Below are positions 48,442-61,115 of a stretch of 64,000 nucleotides of DNA, in pieces (positions within the stretch are counted from its first letter, which is position 1; the number at the start of each line of letters is the position of its first letter). This DNA comes from Podarcis erhardii. Lineage: Eukaryota. The translations under genes and the position numbers were made by a program. The notes below the pieces were generated by a model. That model made no database searches. It was not told where the DNA came from and was given only the letters and a program-made list of their open reading frames with translations. Location: NCBI GenBank assembly GCA_964252035.1, contig OZ176201.1, one strand, 5' to 3'.

Positions 48442-49376
48442 ATATCCAATCCAATCCAAAGGAATTCCATAAGGAATTCGGCCTGTGTGAGTTCCTCTGC
48501 TAGCATGGACACCTGCCAGGACTGCAGCCTAGAGTTTCTGAGGATTGCTTCTCCTCTCAACAAGGAGCACATCTTTTGATTTACATATTATACAGAGCAG
48601 TGTGCAGCTGGCAAACATAGGAACGAATCAGAAACAGGTTTTCATTTTTTTCAAAGAAGGGAAAATGTTTTCTCCCCTTCCTTCAAACTCCTTCCTGAAT
48701 CCCCAGCATGCCAGCCTTTGGGCTGTAATATGAGTTCTCTGGTGTATTGCTCTTATTATCTTGAATATGAACAATAGCAGAGAAGCAAGAGAGGGGCGGG
48801 GGAAGGAAGGGGAATTACTTGTTGGGGAACAGGCACTGAAGACAACTGGAGCACTTTGTGTGAAAAGTAGTTCGCTCCTTTCTCAGCTCCTTAATAAGTT
48901 AATAATTTATCAGAGATTAACGTTAACACCTTGAGGCATAGAAGACATTGCCTGGTTCTTACATTACCACAGCTCTATTGTAATTCCTTTATCTTCCCTC
49001 CCTCCCCTCCCCCCCACCTCAGCCATTGCATAACCACCTGGGGCCATACTAATATAACAACATAAGATTCAATTACAGAAGACTACAATAGGAGGACAAA
49101 CTACTCTTCTAGTGCATTAAATTGGTGCTCATCAGCATTAATTATTGAGTGACCATCAGAAATTGCATTTCTTAAATAGCAAGGGATAAAAAGCAATCAT
49201 GCCACCACCATGCAAATCTCTCTCTCTATGTGTGTGTGTCTGAGTTTTATGTGTGTGTGTGTGTGTGTTCTTAATGAAGACATCTGGAATGATATGGGGT
49301 AGTGCTTAAGGCTTTAAAAGGATGGGGAATAGCACAAAGTAGCTTTTTCTCATGCTATTTTTTCTATTTATTGGTG

Positions 49377-49613
49377 CAGTGAAACCTTGGTTCTCGAACT
49401 TAATCCATTCTGGAAGTCTGTTAGACTCCCAAAACTGTTCAAAAACCAACACGTGGCTTCTGATTGGCTGCAAGAGCTTCCTGCACTCAAGCGGAAGCTG
49501 TGTCAGACGTTTGGCTTCTGAAAAACATTTGAAAATTGAACACTTCCGTGTTTTCGGCGTTCAGGAACTGATTTGTTCAACGACTAAGCCATTCAAGAAC
49601 CAAGGTTCCACTG
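49377..49613. mobile_element. Tc1/mariner-type MITE (second family)
   Basis: TIRs cagtgaaaccttggttc / gaaccaaggttccactg; TA on the right, tg on the left. Confidence 0.8.
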
Positions 49614-51028
49614 TATACACAAATGTAATATATTCTCATGAACATAAAAGCACATTGGTCAAGGAGCCTGGAAACATGTCTTCCATGCTACCAGAAAGTG
49701 TGTGAAGCAGCTCTGAAACCAGAAGGAGCAACCTATTTGTAGTCTCTGGACCAACTAGTGTTCTCTGCTAGGTTCTCCTCACTGGGAACAGGGGGCAAAA
49801 CCAGTTTTGATGGCCGGCATCCAACAGTATTTAATATTTGACTGTAATTTATAGTTGACGTATCATTTTTCTTTATTCTTTTAACCTGAGACTGTTATCA
49901 TTTATCTGATAGATAACAAGCAATGATATTCAGTACCTGACATTCCATATTTCAGCACCTTGCGTTACTTTCGCTTTCCCAGATTCACAGTGGCTCAGAT
50001 TTTTGTTATACCGAGGTTTCATAAACATGGTTAAAGTGTGAGCACATTTCATTCTTCAGCCAGCTTTTGAGCTACCTTTCCACAGCTGTGCAATACAAAG
50101 GTGGTGAAAATGATGAATGATTATGTCATTTAGGAACTCCAGAGGGCAGGGACTCTCTGCCTTTTACCAACTTTGAAATTCACACAACATATTGTATGTC
50201 TGTGTGACTCAGAGCAGATCAAAAGAGCAAAGGACCTAAATAAGAAACTGGCAGTCATTTCTCACCACTCTGCATCTTGGGCTAAAGAAAACAGAAAAGT
50301 TTATGGCTTAATTGAAAGCACCTTGGAACTAGAATTCAAGAACAATGTATTTGCATTTTCATATGCCAAGAAGAAGAAAATCTATACAAATGGATAAGTC
50401 CAAAGCAACAAAACCTGGAGAACACTGCCTAGTTTTGAGAACTGCAGAGAAAGGCATACTAGTAAGTGTGGATCACAATGCACTAAGCAGCGAAGAGGAA
50501 ATCAGTCTTCAACTTGGTGCCCTTAAATTGTTGGACATGGCCAGTGGCTGAGGATGATGGGAATGAGTACCACCCTGGGAAAAGGCTGATGAAGATGATT
50601 CAGAGTATTGGACTAGGACTGCATGGCTTTAGGTCTCAGTCCACATCCAACCATGAAGCTCATTAAGTGATTTTGGGCCAACCACTACCTCTTGGCCTAA
50701 CCTATCTCACGGGGTTGCTATGAATAATAATAGGGAGGGCAAAGTAGACATGCCACTTGATTATCTTGGAGGTAAAAACTAGAAATGAATACATGAAATG
50801 CAAATCTCTGGTCTGATGCTGTTGCGTGATAAAGGTCTGTACCATTTTGGATCACATTTTGACAAACACTTTGCATTAAAGGCACGGGGAAAGTGTGACT
50901 ATGTTTGAAAATGCTTAGGCTCCAGCTAGAAAGCTGTGTCAGTTTCTGACCACCCTGATTTAGGAAATTAAGGAACAGAATTTGGAACTCCAATTGGGCA
51001 GAGTTCCAGAATGCATGGGAAGCCTGAA

Positions 51029-51401
51029 TCACAGAATCATAGAATCATAGAGTTGGAAGAGACCACAAGGGCCATCGAGTCCAACCCCCTGCCAAGCAGG
51101 AAACACCATCAGAGCATTCCTGACATATGGTTGTCAAGCCTCTGCTTAAAGACCTCCAAAGAAGGAGACTCCACTACACTCCTTGGCAGCAAATTCCATT
51201 GTCGAACAGCTCTTACTGTCAGGAAGTTCTTCCTAATGTTTAGGTGGAATCTTTTTCTTGTATTTTGGAACCATTGCTCCGTGTCCGCTTCTCTGGAGCA
51301 GCAGAAAACAACCTTTCTCCCTCCTCTATGTGACATCCTTTTATATATTTGAACATGGCTATCATATCACCCCTTAACCTCCTCTTCTTCAGGCTAAACA
51401 T
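51029..51401 (-). mobile_element. Young CR1 3' fragment
   Basis: Near-identical (about 7 substitutions seen) to 4778-5150. Confidence 0.93.
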
Positions 51402-51714
51402 AGAGATCTGTGCACACAGGCTTCTTTTGCAAGTCTCCACCACGTTAAATAGAAATGAGTGGCTGCTGGGGCAGGGCCAAGGAGCTGTGTGAACTCAGGG
51501 GTGGGCCAGAAGCTCAGCCCCACAGCTGCTTTGTGCAATTCATGCATGAAGTGGGCTACAACAGTCTGGATCTCCTAACTCCCCATAGGAACCCAATGAT
51601 CTGCCACAGGGGCAAAGGAAAGGCAACCTGTCATGGTGCGAAGTAAGTTCTCCTAGCTGGTAATGGAGGAGGAGGGTAAATTGGATGTATGACTACCACT
51701 GTTGGAAGCCGAGC

Positions 51715-53000
51715 TGCATGTTGGACTAAATGGCCCTTGGGGTCCTTTCCAACTCTATGATTCTATGTGTACCGTCATGTCTTGTTTGGCCTTGAGTTGT
51801 TGCTATACTGGGCATGGTTAGCTGAAATAAGATGGAGAGCTTATGGTGGAAGTTTTTCAAATGTCTAAAAGACTACCATAAAAAAGATGGAGGATAATTG
51901 TTTCCGAGAGACCCTAATAGAAGGACAAGAAACAATGGCTTCATGTTCCAGCAACACAGATTTAGTCTGGGTAACAGGAAACTCTTAACTGTAAAAACAA
52001 TTTAGCAATGAAAAATGTTGCTCAAGGAAGTGATGGAAGCCCCAGAGGCGATGAAAGAGAAACCAGAGAAGCATCTGACGGGAAGGATTTAATTCTGAAG
52101 AATTTAGCTATTTCAGGGTGTTGGATTCAATGACTCTTGCGGAATCTTTCCAATTCAGTGGCCATATAGTTCTATGAAAATGAAAAAGAACAATAATCTA
52201 TACAACAGAGGCTACACTTGAAATATGCTATCGAGACTAAACTTGATATATGATTTCATAGAATCGTAGAATCTTAGAACTGGAAGGGACCCAAGGGTTA
52301 TCCAGCCCAGCCCCCTGCAATGCAGGAATCTTCGAGTCCCTGAAAGCACTTATTACTATTTCAGATAAAAAAATTAAGGGGAGTTATCTTTTGAGGGGGC
52401 AAGGTGTTTGCCAGTGTCTGTTGCACTGGCATCCTGTGAACAGCATCTAAAATGCACATATCCCATACGATAATTCCATGTGTTTTCTGATGTATGCACA
52501 TGTATTCTGCATTTCTGAAGAACTCATGTCAATGCAACCACAGGGCAAAAAAGGAATGAGCGGGAAAACTGAGATAATGGGAAAGCTGTCCTGGGAGAAA
52601 GAGTTCAGCATGCTTTGAAGCTTCCACTCATTGAACCCACTACTAGCTCAAAATGATGGATTACAGGCAAGTGGAAGGAAGTCCTTTACAATATGTGCAA
52701 TGACTTGCAGTGAATTACAAAAGTCGTTGACAATATGGTGCAGGATGCTGCCTTAGGAAACTAAAAGGAACATTTATTTATTTATTATTAGCATTTATTC
52801 ATCACTTTCTGCAAAGATGGTTCAAAACATCTTAAAAGGCCTTGCTTACCCCATATTAAGAAAGCATGACCTAGAATACCAATGGCTAATCCGGATGGTT
52901 TTAAAAGGGGATTAGATGGATTCATGGTGGATAAGGCTGTCAATGGCCTCAGGTCATGATGGATATATTATCTCCAATATCCCAGCCCCTATGCCTCTGA
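51715..53000. mobile_element. Cluster of older CR1 3' fragments in both orientations
   Basis: CR1 ends at ~51768 (+), 51820-52177 (+), 52257-52335 (-) and ~52640-52990 (+). Confidence 0.6.
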
Positions 53001-53469
53001 ATCTCCAACAACATTCAGATACAATATCAGTTGTAAGCACAGGAGTCAACTCCAGGGGGCTGTGGGTACTTGGGCACTCGCAATATTATAATTGTGGCAG
53101 CCGGGCACCCACAAAGTCAATTAACAAAGCCAGAAGAGAGAGGCAGGCAGCCAACCTCTGTATTGCTGCCTCCGAGAGAGAAGCAGTTTAGCTCTTCCCT
53201 CTGCAACTAGCAAGTGAGGCACCCTTTTCCAGATGCGGAGGCAGACGCAGAAAATGGTGCCTTGCTGGCTGTACAGAAGGAGGAAGAGGAGCTGCTGGCA
53301 TTGCCCCATGGATGTGAAACACAATGTGTGCGATGTCACACACACACTACATGCAGGTGTGTGCGTGTGACGTCTTACGTCCATGTTATGTCAGTGGGCA
53401 CCCACACTCCTGAGGGCAAGATAGCACCCCTGGTTGTAAACATTTGTACAAGCAATGGGTTTTAATTCC

Positions 53470-53700
53470 TGGGGAAAGGGTCTTCTCAGTGGTGGCACCC
53501 TGCCCTCTCTAGAAAGGTTCACCTGATACCTACCTTGATGTCCTTTTGGCAACAGGCAAAGGCGGTATTGGGGTTTTTTTGGTAACTTTCCTAGGCCTTC
53601 GGTCTGCTCCAGTTCTCACCAGTTTTATCTGTGCCACTTGTTTTTATGGTGAGCCTATTTGATTGTATGTATTTTAAATTAATTTGCTTCTATTTTGTGT
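53470..53700 (+). mobile_element. Degenerate L2 3' fragment
   Basis: gggtcttctcagtggtggcaccc L2 end motif followed by a T-rich UTR. Confidence 0.45.
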
Positions 53701-55220
53701 TAAGAAAGGACATTGGCCTTACATGCCATTCATTCCATGGCATGTTGAGGACTTGCAATCTATAATACCATGGAGTTGCCATGTGTGGTATTGTCGTATC
53801 TTTAGTGTCCTGTGGTCCATCTGCCAAGACAAGCTGAAGTTGCCCCCAGAAGCTGAAAGCATCTCACCTTTCCCCTTCTATCCATTCTGATTCCTCCCTC
53901 CCGTCACGTCTGTTACAAGGCTTTGTGTCTAATTAAGGCACATTGTCCAGCCAATTGGGAAGAAGGAACTAGCTGGAGCTGTTTTACAAATAGAAACAAT
54001 CCTTGTTCATTATCCCTTAATTGAGGCAACAAAAAGGTGCTGGAAAACATCCATCAGAGGCACATTCATGTACATCGTTGGAGGGGATTGGATTTAGGAA
54101 CTCACAAAAGGAACATCAAATGTTCCAATCAAGAGTTATACAGGCAACAGCGAAACAAAGACTTGGAGACACAAATACATCAGAATTAGCCCAATTACAG
54201 ATTATATGTTTCCGGAAAACACATTCTTTGGCTTTCATCCAAGATTTTTAAAGCATACTTTCTTTCTTCCTTTTATAGTCACAGCACAAAAAGTTGATGC
54301 TGTTTGTTTCTCCTTCATTACCTCCAGATGCGTTTTCATTGGGCAAATATGTAAACCAGCCTCAAAGATAGCTAAGAATGAGGTAACATAATGCCAACCA
54401 GAAAATTCTTGCTCTGATTTGAACTACAGCTATTTTGAGGAATAGGAAATTCGGTTTATCTTTTCTTTCCCATCATTTTGTTGTTGGCTTTGTTTTCCAT
54501 TCTAAAATAAAATGAAATATTTTAAGAGTGTTTACGTTTCAGCTACAAGCAGGCACCACAAGAATGAGCTGATTTGTGGAGAATGTTGAGGAAGATTGCC
54601 AGCAGTAGAAGTATAGGAAGAATCAATTCAAATGTAAAAGAAAAAAGAAAACAAGTCCTTACAGGATCTGATTTGGCTGTTCTTCATCCTGGAGTAATTC
54701 TATTGATTTAGCCTTTTGCTCATTCCGCGGGCAAAGGTGGCAATTGTTTGTGTTATGTCTGGAGAAAATATCACCCCGCAGTTCAATCACTAGGTGGTGC
54801 TATCATTAATTGTTGTTGTAGGTTGGACAAAGCTGGAATTCCCTTCTGATCTGTATTTCCCGTTATTTAAGACAGCCTTCCCCAACTTAGTGCCCTCCAG
54901 ACTGCAACTCCCATCACCTCTGTTCATTGGCCACATTGGCTGGAAGTTGTAGTCCAAAATAACTGGACAGCACCAGCACTTGTTCTCAAAGATTTCCAGT
55001 ATGAATATACATATTCATGTTGCTTTCCCTAATAAAAAGCAAGTAGCCCTCCTGGTCTGTGAGAAAAGTTTGAAAGTATGCAGACTTTTACTACTAATGG
55101 ATCAGAATTTAAAATATCAAGAAAATGGGGAGCAGGGGTACCTTCCTGCTTCCTGTAGTTTGCTTATCTTCCTGCTTTTCCCACTGAAATAAGTTCCTGT
55201 ATCCTTTCCTCTATCTGCCT

Positions 55221-55349
55221 CAGGCTTCCTCAACCTCCAGATGTTTTGAGACTACAATTCCCATCATCCCTGACCACTGGTCCTGCTAGCTAGGGATCAT
55301 GGGAGTTGTAGGCCACAAGCATCTGGAGGGCTGAGGTTGAGGAAGCCTG
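55221..55349. mobile_element. Palindromic hAT MITE (129 bp)
   Basis: 16-bp TIR caggcttcctcaacct / aggttgaggaagcctg; 8-bp TSD atctgcct (55213-55220; 55350-55357). Confidence 0.92.
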
Positions 55350-57063
55350 ATCTGCCTGGGTTCCAGTTCCTCAGTTCCCTTTATTTTCCCCCCTACACTA
55401 TGCCAAAATGTATTCAAATATATTTGTGTTTGCTTTCACTATCCCATTTTCAGGCCATTTTTGCAGGGTGGGGGGGTAAGGAATAATGTTTTCCCCTTCT
55501 GCCGCTCCTGCCACATGTGCACTGGGAGGTAGCAGGGGGTCCATCAAACCCCTATCCCCTCCTTGAGCAAGGTATGTGCCTACCACCTATCAGCTGTTCT
55601 TGGCCCAGCTAGTTTGCACACTGCCTACACGCAGTGGGCTTCGTGGTGAGCTTGGCATGGATGGGAAGGCAGTGGTGGCGGTAGCAGCAGCTCCAGCCAT
55701 TAGGGTAACAAGGCGGGTGATGGAAGTGGGGAGTTGAGTTGAGGGGGAAACCCACATGCTTATGTCAACTGTCCTGCTTGGCTAAGATGCTCCTGCCTCC
55801 TTCTCCTCATGGAAATGAACAAGTTTAAAAAGGTGGCGGGGAGGCTGATTCAAAGAGTGGTTTGCATTGCATTGCTATTTTGCTTGCTGTTATGCTATGT
55901 ATTTTTTGTGTTTTTATATTGTAAACTGACCTGTGATCCTTGGATGAAGGGCAGTATAGAAATTTAATAAATAAATGACTGAGGTGTCATCTTAGTGAGC
56001 TGAGCTGGGGAGCCCAGTAATGCAAGAGTAACATCTGGCAATGGGCAGAGCGGATTTTGGTCTTTCAAATTCCAGCGGCACCCTATGTGAGCCCAAAATT
56101 TGTTGCCCTGCTCTCTGCCTCTCGCCTTCCATTCTGCGCATGTAAAATATTAATAGTCCACAAGTTCTACCTTTCTTTTTCCTAAAAAAAAAAAGCTTTA
56201 AAGAGAAGAGTAATTTCTCATGATCCAGCAACTCAAGCTGTACTGGTAATAATGTGCTGTATATAAATACTTTGGTAAATAAAAATATATTTATAATGAA
56301 ATGTTAACATATGACTTTTCAGTTGGAGAAGGAATTAACACTGAATCATATTTAGCAATGGACACTTGCTCTTTTTCCGAATACTTATTAAAAGAGAAGA
56401 TTAAAATATGTAATGGTATGCATAAAATTCATTTTTTTAAATTAAAAAATGCCACTGTTATCAACATTATCAGCTGCAGTAGCGCTGTGATAAGCTGAAG
56501 TGTAACTATTTAGCATATTATAATCACGACCTTTTTGCACATGTTTCATATTTTACAGCAGAACTACGCATTGTACAATTAACAAAAGCCAGAAGGTTGG
56601 TCCTCCTATGGAAAAGGTGCTTCTGGAAGGAGTGATTTGGTGTAAGAAAGAAGCACTCATCCTCTCCGCCCCCCTTCTTGGTGTGTAGACTAAGTGTGCG
56701 GTACCCTTGGTCCTCCAGATGCTGCTGAACTACAACTCCCAACAGCCCCAGCAAGCATGGCAACACCTGGAGGGCCAAAGGTTCCCAATACCTGGTGTAG
56801 AATGAACTGATGTTTAACCCAGACTGCCCTCCTAGCTGTTTGCACCATGTTAGAACTGCATTGGGAGAAGAATTGTGGGAAGTGCAATTTGGAAAGAAGT
56901 GATAGTATTTAAAGGTTTAAATACTTTTTCAGTCCTGTTTTCTATACCCCTGCTGAAGCTGCTTCCCTCTACGAATAGCAGACTCCTGGATACCCGTTGT
57001 GAAGATAAGCCCTGTAACTCTGCTGTAACATGAGTTCTGAGGGGACTTATTAACAGTTACATG

Positions 57064-57445
57064 CAGGGCTTTTTCCCCCCAGCCAGAACTTGCTGGAACT
57101 CAGTTCCGGCACCTCTTAGGTGAGCACCATTGCCATTATAAGAGAACAAGAGAGAAGAAGAAGAAGAGTTTGGATTTGATATCCTGCTTTATCACTACCC
57201 GAAGGAGTCTCAAAGCGGCTAACATTCTCCTTTCCCTTCCTCCCCCACAACAAACACTCTGTGTGAGTGAGGCTGAGAGACTTCAGAGAAGTGTGACTAG
57301 CCCAAGGTCACCTAGCAGCTGCATGTGGAGGAGCGGGGAAGCGAACCCGGTTCACCAGATTACGAGACTACCGCTCTTAAAAACTACACCACACAGAGGT
57401 GTTCATGGTGAGTTCCAGCACCTCTTTCTCTAGAAAAATGGCACA
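57064..57445. mobile_element. Short hAT-like element hosting a SINE insertion
   Basis: Left end cagggcttttt; internal direct repeat gttcc(g/a)gcacctct on both sides of the SINE. Confidence 0.5.
57153..57394 (-). mobile_element. Squam3-like SINE
   Basis: Aligns along its length with 42700-42980. Confidence 0.85.
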
Positions 57446-58738
57446 TGCTCATATGTGCAACAAGAGACTGAGGAGGGGCCACATCCCAGGCATCTCCGAG
57501 GAGATCCAGCGCTAGTCAGCAAAGACAATACCTCAGTAGATGAGCCAGCTTTCAAAGCAATTAGTCAACTGCAAGTTAAACGCGTAGCCACCCGGTGTTC
57601 TTTAATGTGGTTGAATGAGTCTATTCCTGAATTATTTAGATTAACTAAATGTAAAAATCAAGTTCCACACAAGCCATTGGGTCACTGAAAAGAAATGCTC
57701 CAAAGGGACTGAATTCAGAGCCACACTCCTTCTCTCTCCTCTGCATTTGAAATGGAATAGTCTCCGGATAACAACCAGAGAGGTTCAGTTCGGTGGAATT
57801 CAGGCACATCCTTTCACCTCTCTCTTAAGGACTCCAAAGTTAAGAGCTAGTTGATGCAGTACATCTGTTGCTGCAGCCTCCCACGTGCAACTGACTCAGG
57901 TCTGTGGGGAAGGATCCCCTCAAGGCTTCTCTCAGCCGTTCCTGCCACAGTTGTGACTTTGACATTTCCCACCCCCCTCCCCGTGCTGTTCCTTGTTTGA
58001 AAATCCTTCATGTCTGCTATGGAAAGTTTGCATTGTGGCTGGAAGTTTGTTGGTTTTCTTTGGGTGGCGGAGACCTGCAGGCTGTTCTCATTACTTTTTT
58101 ATTAGCCAATTTGAATACTCATTTAGCCCCACCAAGCGTGCTGTGGGTTTTAAATTCTTCCTTCGGAGGTGTTTGCGAAGAGTCTGCCCTTGTCGCTCCA
58201 TGGAAGAGGCCCCATGCAACGTGACTGAAGGTCTTGCTGTGATGCAAGAATTCATGCTGGAACAAAACTGAGAGGGGAAATCGGCATAAGGGTCTGCAGC
58301 AAATTTAAGGGGCTTTGTGGACAAAACATGGAAGGGAAGCTTTGCTGATTAGTGCTAGAGTGGAAGTAGATCCTGAGCAGAAATGAATGGAAGGGCCTAA
58401 AATCAGATATTGCAAGGGATATGTGCCCTTGTAAACATATATCTTCCTATGTGTTTCTCTAACAATGTCTTAGCAAAACAAACACATACCATGACGCCAT
58501 CACACATAGCAATTTTTACTCCCAGCTCTGTTTCACTGGCTACTGCTTGGAAGGACAGAGAACTGCTAAACATGATGTTGATACATGGGAGATGTGGGAG
58601 CCCTAATGTATAATGAGGCCCTCAGTCACAAGGCACCAGTTGGTAAACATGGGGGAAATAAATACAGGCACATTTATCACAAAACACTGTCTAGCTGTTG
58701 GTTATGTGTGGGCTAAAGCAGCCTGTGCATCTGGAATA

Positions 58739-58980
58739 CAGTGGTACCTCAGGTTACAAACACCTTGGGTTACAAACACTTTGGGTTACAGACTACACTA
58801 ATCCGGAAGTAGTACCTTGGGTTAAGAACTTTACCTCAGAATGAGAACAGAAATCGTGTGGCGGCAGTGCGGCGGCATTGGGTGGCCCCATTAGCTAAAG
58901 TGGTACCTCAAGTTAAGAACAGTTCCAGGTTAAGAACGGACCTCCAGAATGAATTAAGTTACTAACCAAAGGTACCACTG
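58739..58980. mobile_element. Tc1/mariner-type MITE
   Basis: TIRs cagtggtacct / aggtaccactg, TA TSD; inverted homologue of 16745-16973. Confidence 0.9.
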
Positions 58981-60771
58981 TACAGGGGTCACAACATATC
59001 TGGTCTCCTAATGAAAGTAGTACATTTCAGTGGGGAGAATTCCGATTTTGGAAAGATATGTGGTGGCTTCTTGGGACAGAGGATAATTTTGTTCCTTCTG
59101 CATTTTTAAGCAAACTGATCCAATTTGCGCACTCCCAGATTATTGCACAGATTGGATTGTGTACTTCTCCAAATTTTACAATACAGTTCTTGGTTCCAAA
59201 ATCCTACCAAAATGATTTAAAATGTGCCACAGGTCCCCTCATATCTCTCCATTACATTTCTTGTTGGAAAGGTTGTAGAATGGAATGACTAAGCCTTTTC
59301 AGGTGCAAGTGTTACAACTGACACATAGGCCAACCCTAGGTCAAAGCTGGTGTGGCCAAAGTAGAAGAGTATTGTTCTCAGTACTGTATTCCTATGCAAA
59401 CAGTCAGCAAAATTACTTTAAACCACAAAAGAACAAGAAAATGAGCACATTTGAAGGGGGTGGGGGGGTTCCAAAAACCCTTTTGGAACTGCAATATTAC
59501 AGCTGGATACTCACGAGAGCAGCCAGTAACTAACACACAAACCATGAACACACAAGCTTCTGGCATCAAAGTATCACAGCAGGGAAGCTATGTGAGCAGT
59601 CAGAAATTTGTGTTTTATATATATATATGGATATGGTTATATGGGAGTGGGTGGGTTTGGAGGCTATAAAAATCCTTTTAGCATCATGACATCACATTGA
59701 GGGGCCATAAGAGCGGTCAATAAAAATAAAATAAACACACACAGAGAGACAAATAGGTTTAATAAGAATTTTAAAACTACCACTGGTATTGACAAAACTA
59801 TGTCACTGTGCAATATTAGCTGATTAGCTGATTTCCAGATCGGCTGACCTCCAGATAAGATATAGCCAACTTAACACAATCCGATAGGTAAACAAACTCT
59901 GATCTGCATGCTAATCTGGACAGCTCAGATTAAGGCACTTCAAATACAAATTTACAAAGATTTAATTCCCCAAGCATTCAAAATTCTCTCTAATCGGTTA
60001 TAAAAAACAAAAACAAACCCTGACGATTGGCTCATCCGAGTAACTCACCAGAAGGACTAATGAACAACAAAGGGGATGTAGATAAAGAGGAATATAAAAG
60101 GCAACTGTGAAGATCCACTGATTTTGAGTTTATTCCCCCAGTATTTAAGGAACCCCTTCTGCAGGATAGCCCCACAGCAATCCTCTGGATAGGGGTCAAG
60201 GCACATCCAATTCTGTAAATTATTCTGTGGTCACTCAGTATTTTATTTCCTTGGGGTAGCAGTCTAACTGCTTTCAGGCTAGCTGAGCTGACTGTCCTTT
60301 TCCCTCTCCACAAATGCACACACACACATGCACACACACACAGAGAAAATTGCTCCAATCCGTCCTCAAGTATATTGGTTGCTATTGTACACTCATTTAC
60401 CAATGAAATGCCTGACTATAGACTAATGCTTTAGCCTGTGGTCTAGGTAAGAGCTTGTTTATTTGTTGGGCCCTTCAAAGATAAGATGATGTTGTATTTG
60501 TACATTCTTTCAGCGCTCACATTAGAGGCAGGTTAACAAGCATTTGCCCATTTTGCCAGGTTCAAAGAAGGGAGACAGCAGGACATTGCAGCAGACAAAG
60601 GATACAGGTCCCACAGTCTCTTATAGCAGGAAGGGCACTCATTTTGTAAACTTTCAGCCTGGCTGTGTGTAGCCAAGGTGAAGATTCTATTTGTCTTCAG
60701 AGCCTCCATGGTTCCCACTAACAGCCATGTTAGAACTAAGTGTGTAATTTGCCCACCTATAAAGAAGGGAT

Positions 60772-61115
60772 GGGACGCGGGTGGCACTGTGGTCTAAACC
60801 ACAGAGCCTAGGGCTTGCCGATCAGAAGGTCAGCGGTTTGAATCTCCACGATGGGGTGAGCTCTCATTGCTCGGTCCCTGCTCCTGCCCACCTAGCAGTT
60901 CGAAAGCACATCAAAGTGGTAGTAAATAAATAGGTTCCACTCTGGCGGGAAGGTAAATGGCGTTTCCGTGCACTGCTCTGGTTCGCCATGCTGGTCACAT
61001 GACCTGGAAGCTGTCTGCGGACAAATGCCGGTTCCCTCGGCCTATAGAGCGAGATGAGCGCGCAACCCCAGAGTTGTCTGCGACTGGACCTAATGGTCAG
61101 GGGTACCTTTACCTT
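60772..61115 (+). mobile_element. Full-length Sauria SINE
   Basis: tRNA head, Bov-B-related 3' part, (ACCTTT)n tail; 12-bp TSD taaagaagggat / taaagcagggat. Confidence 0.92.
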
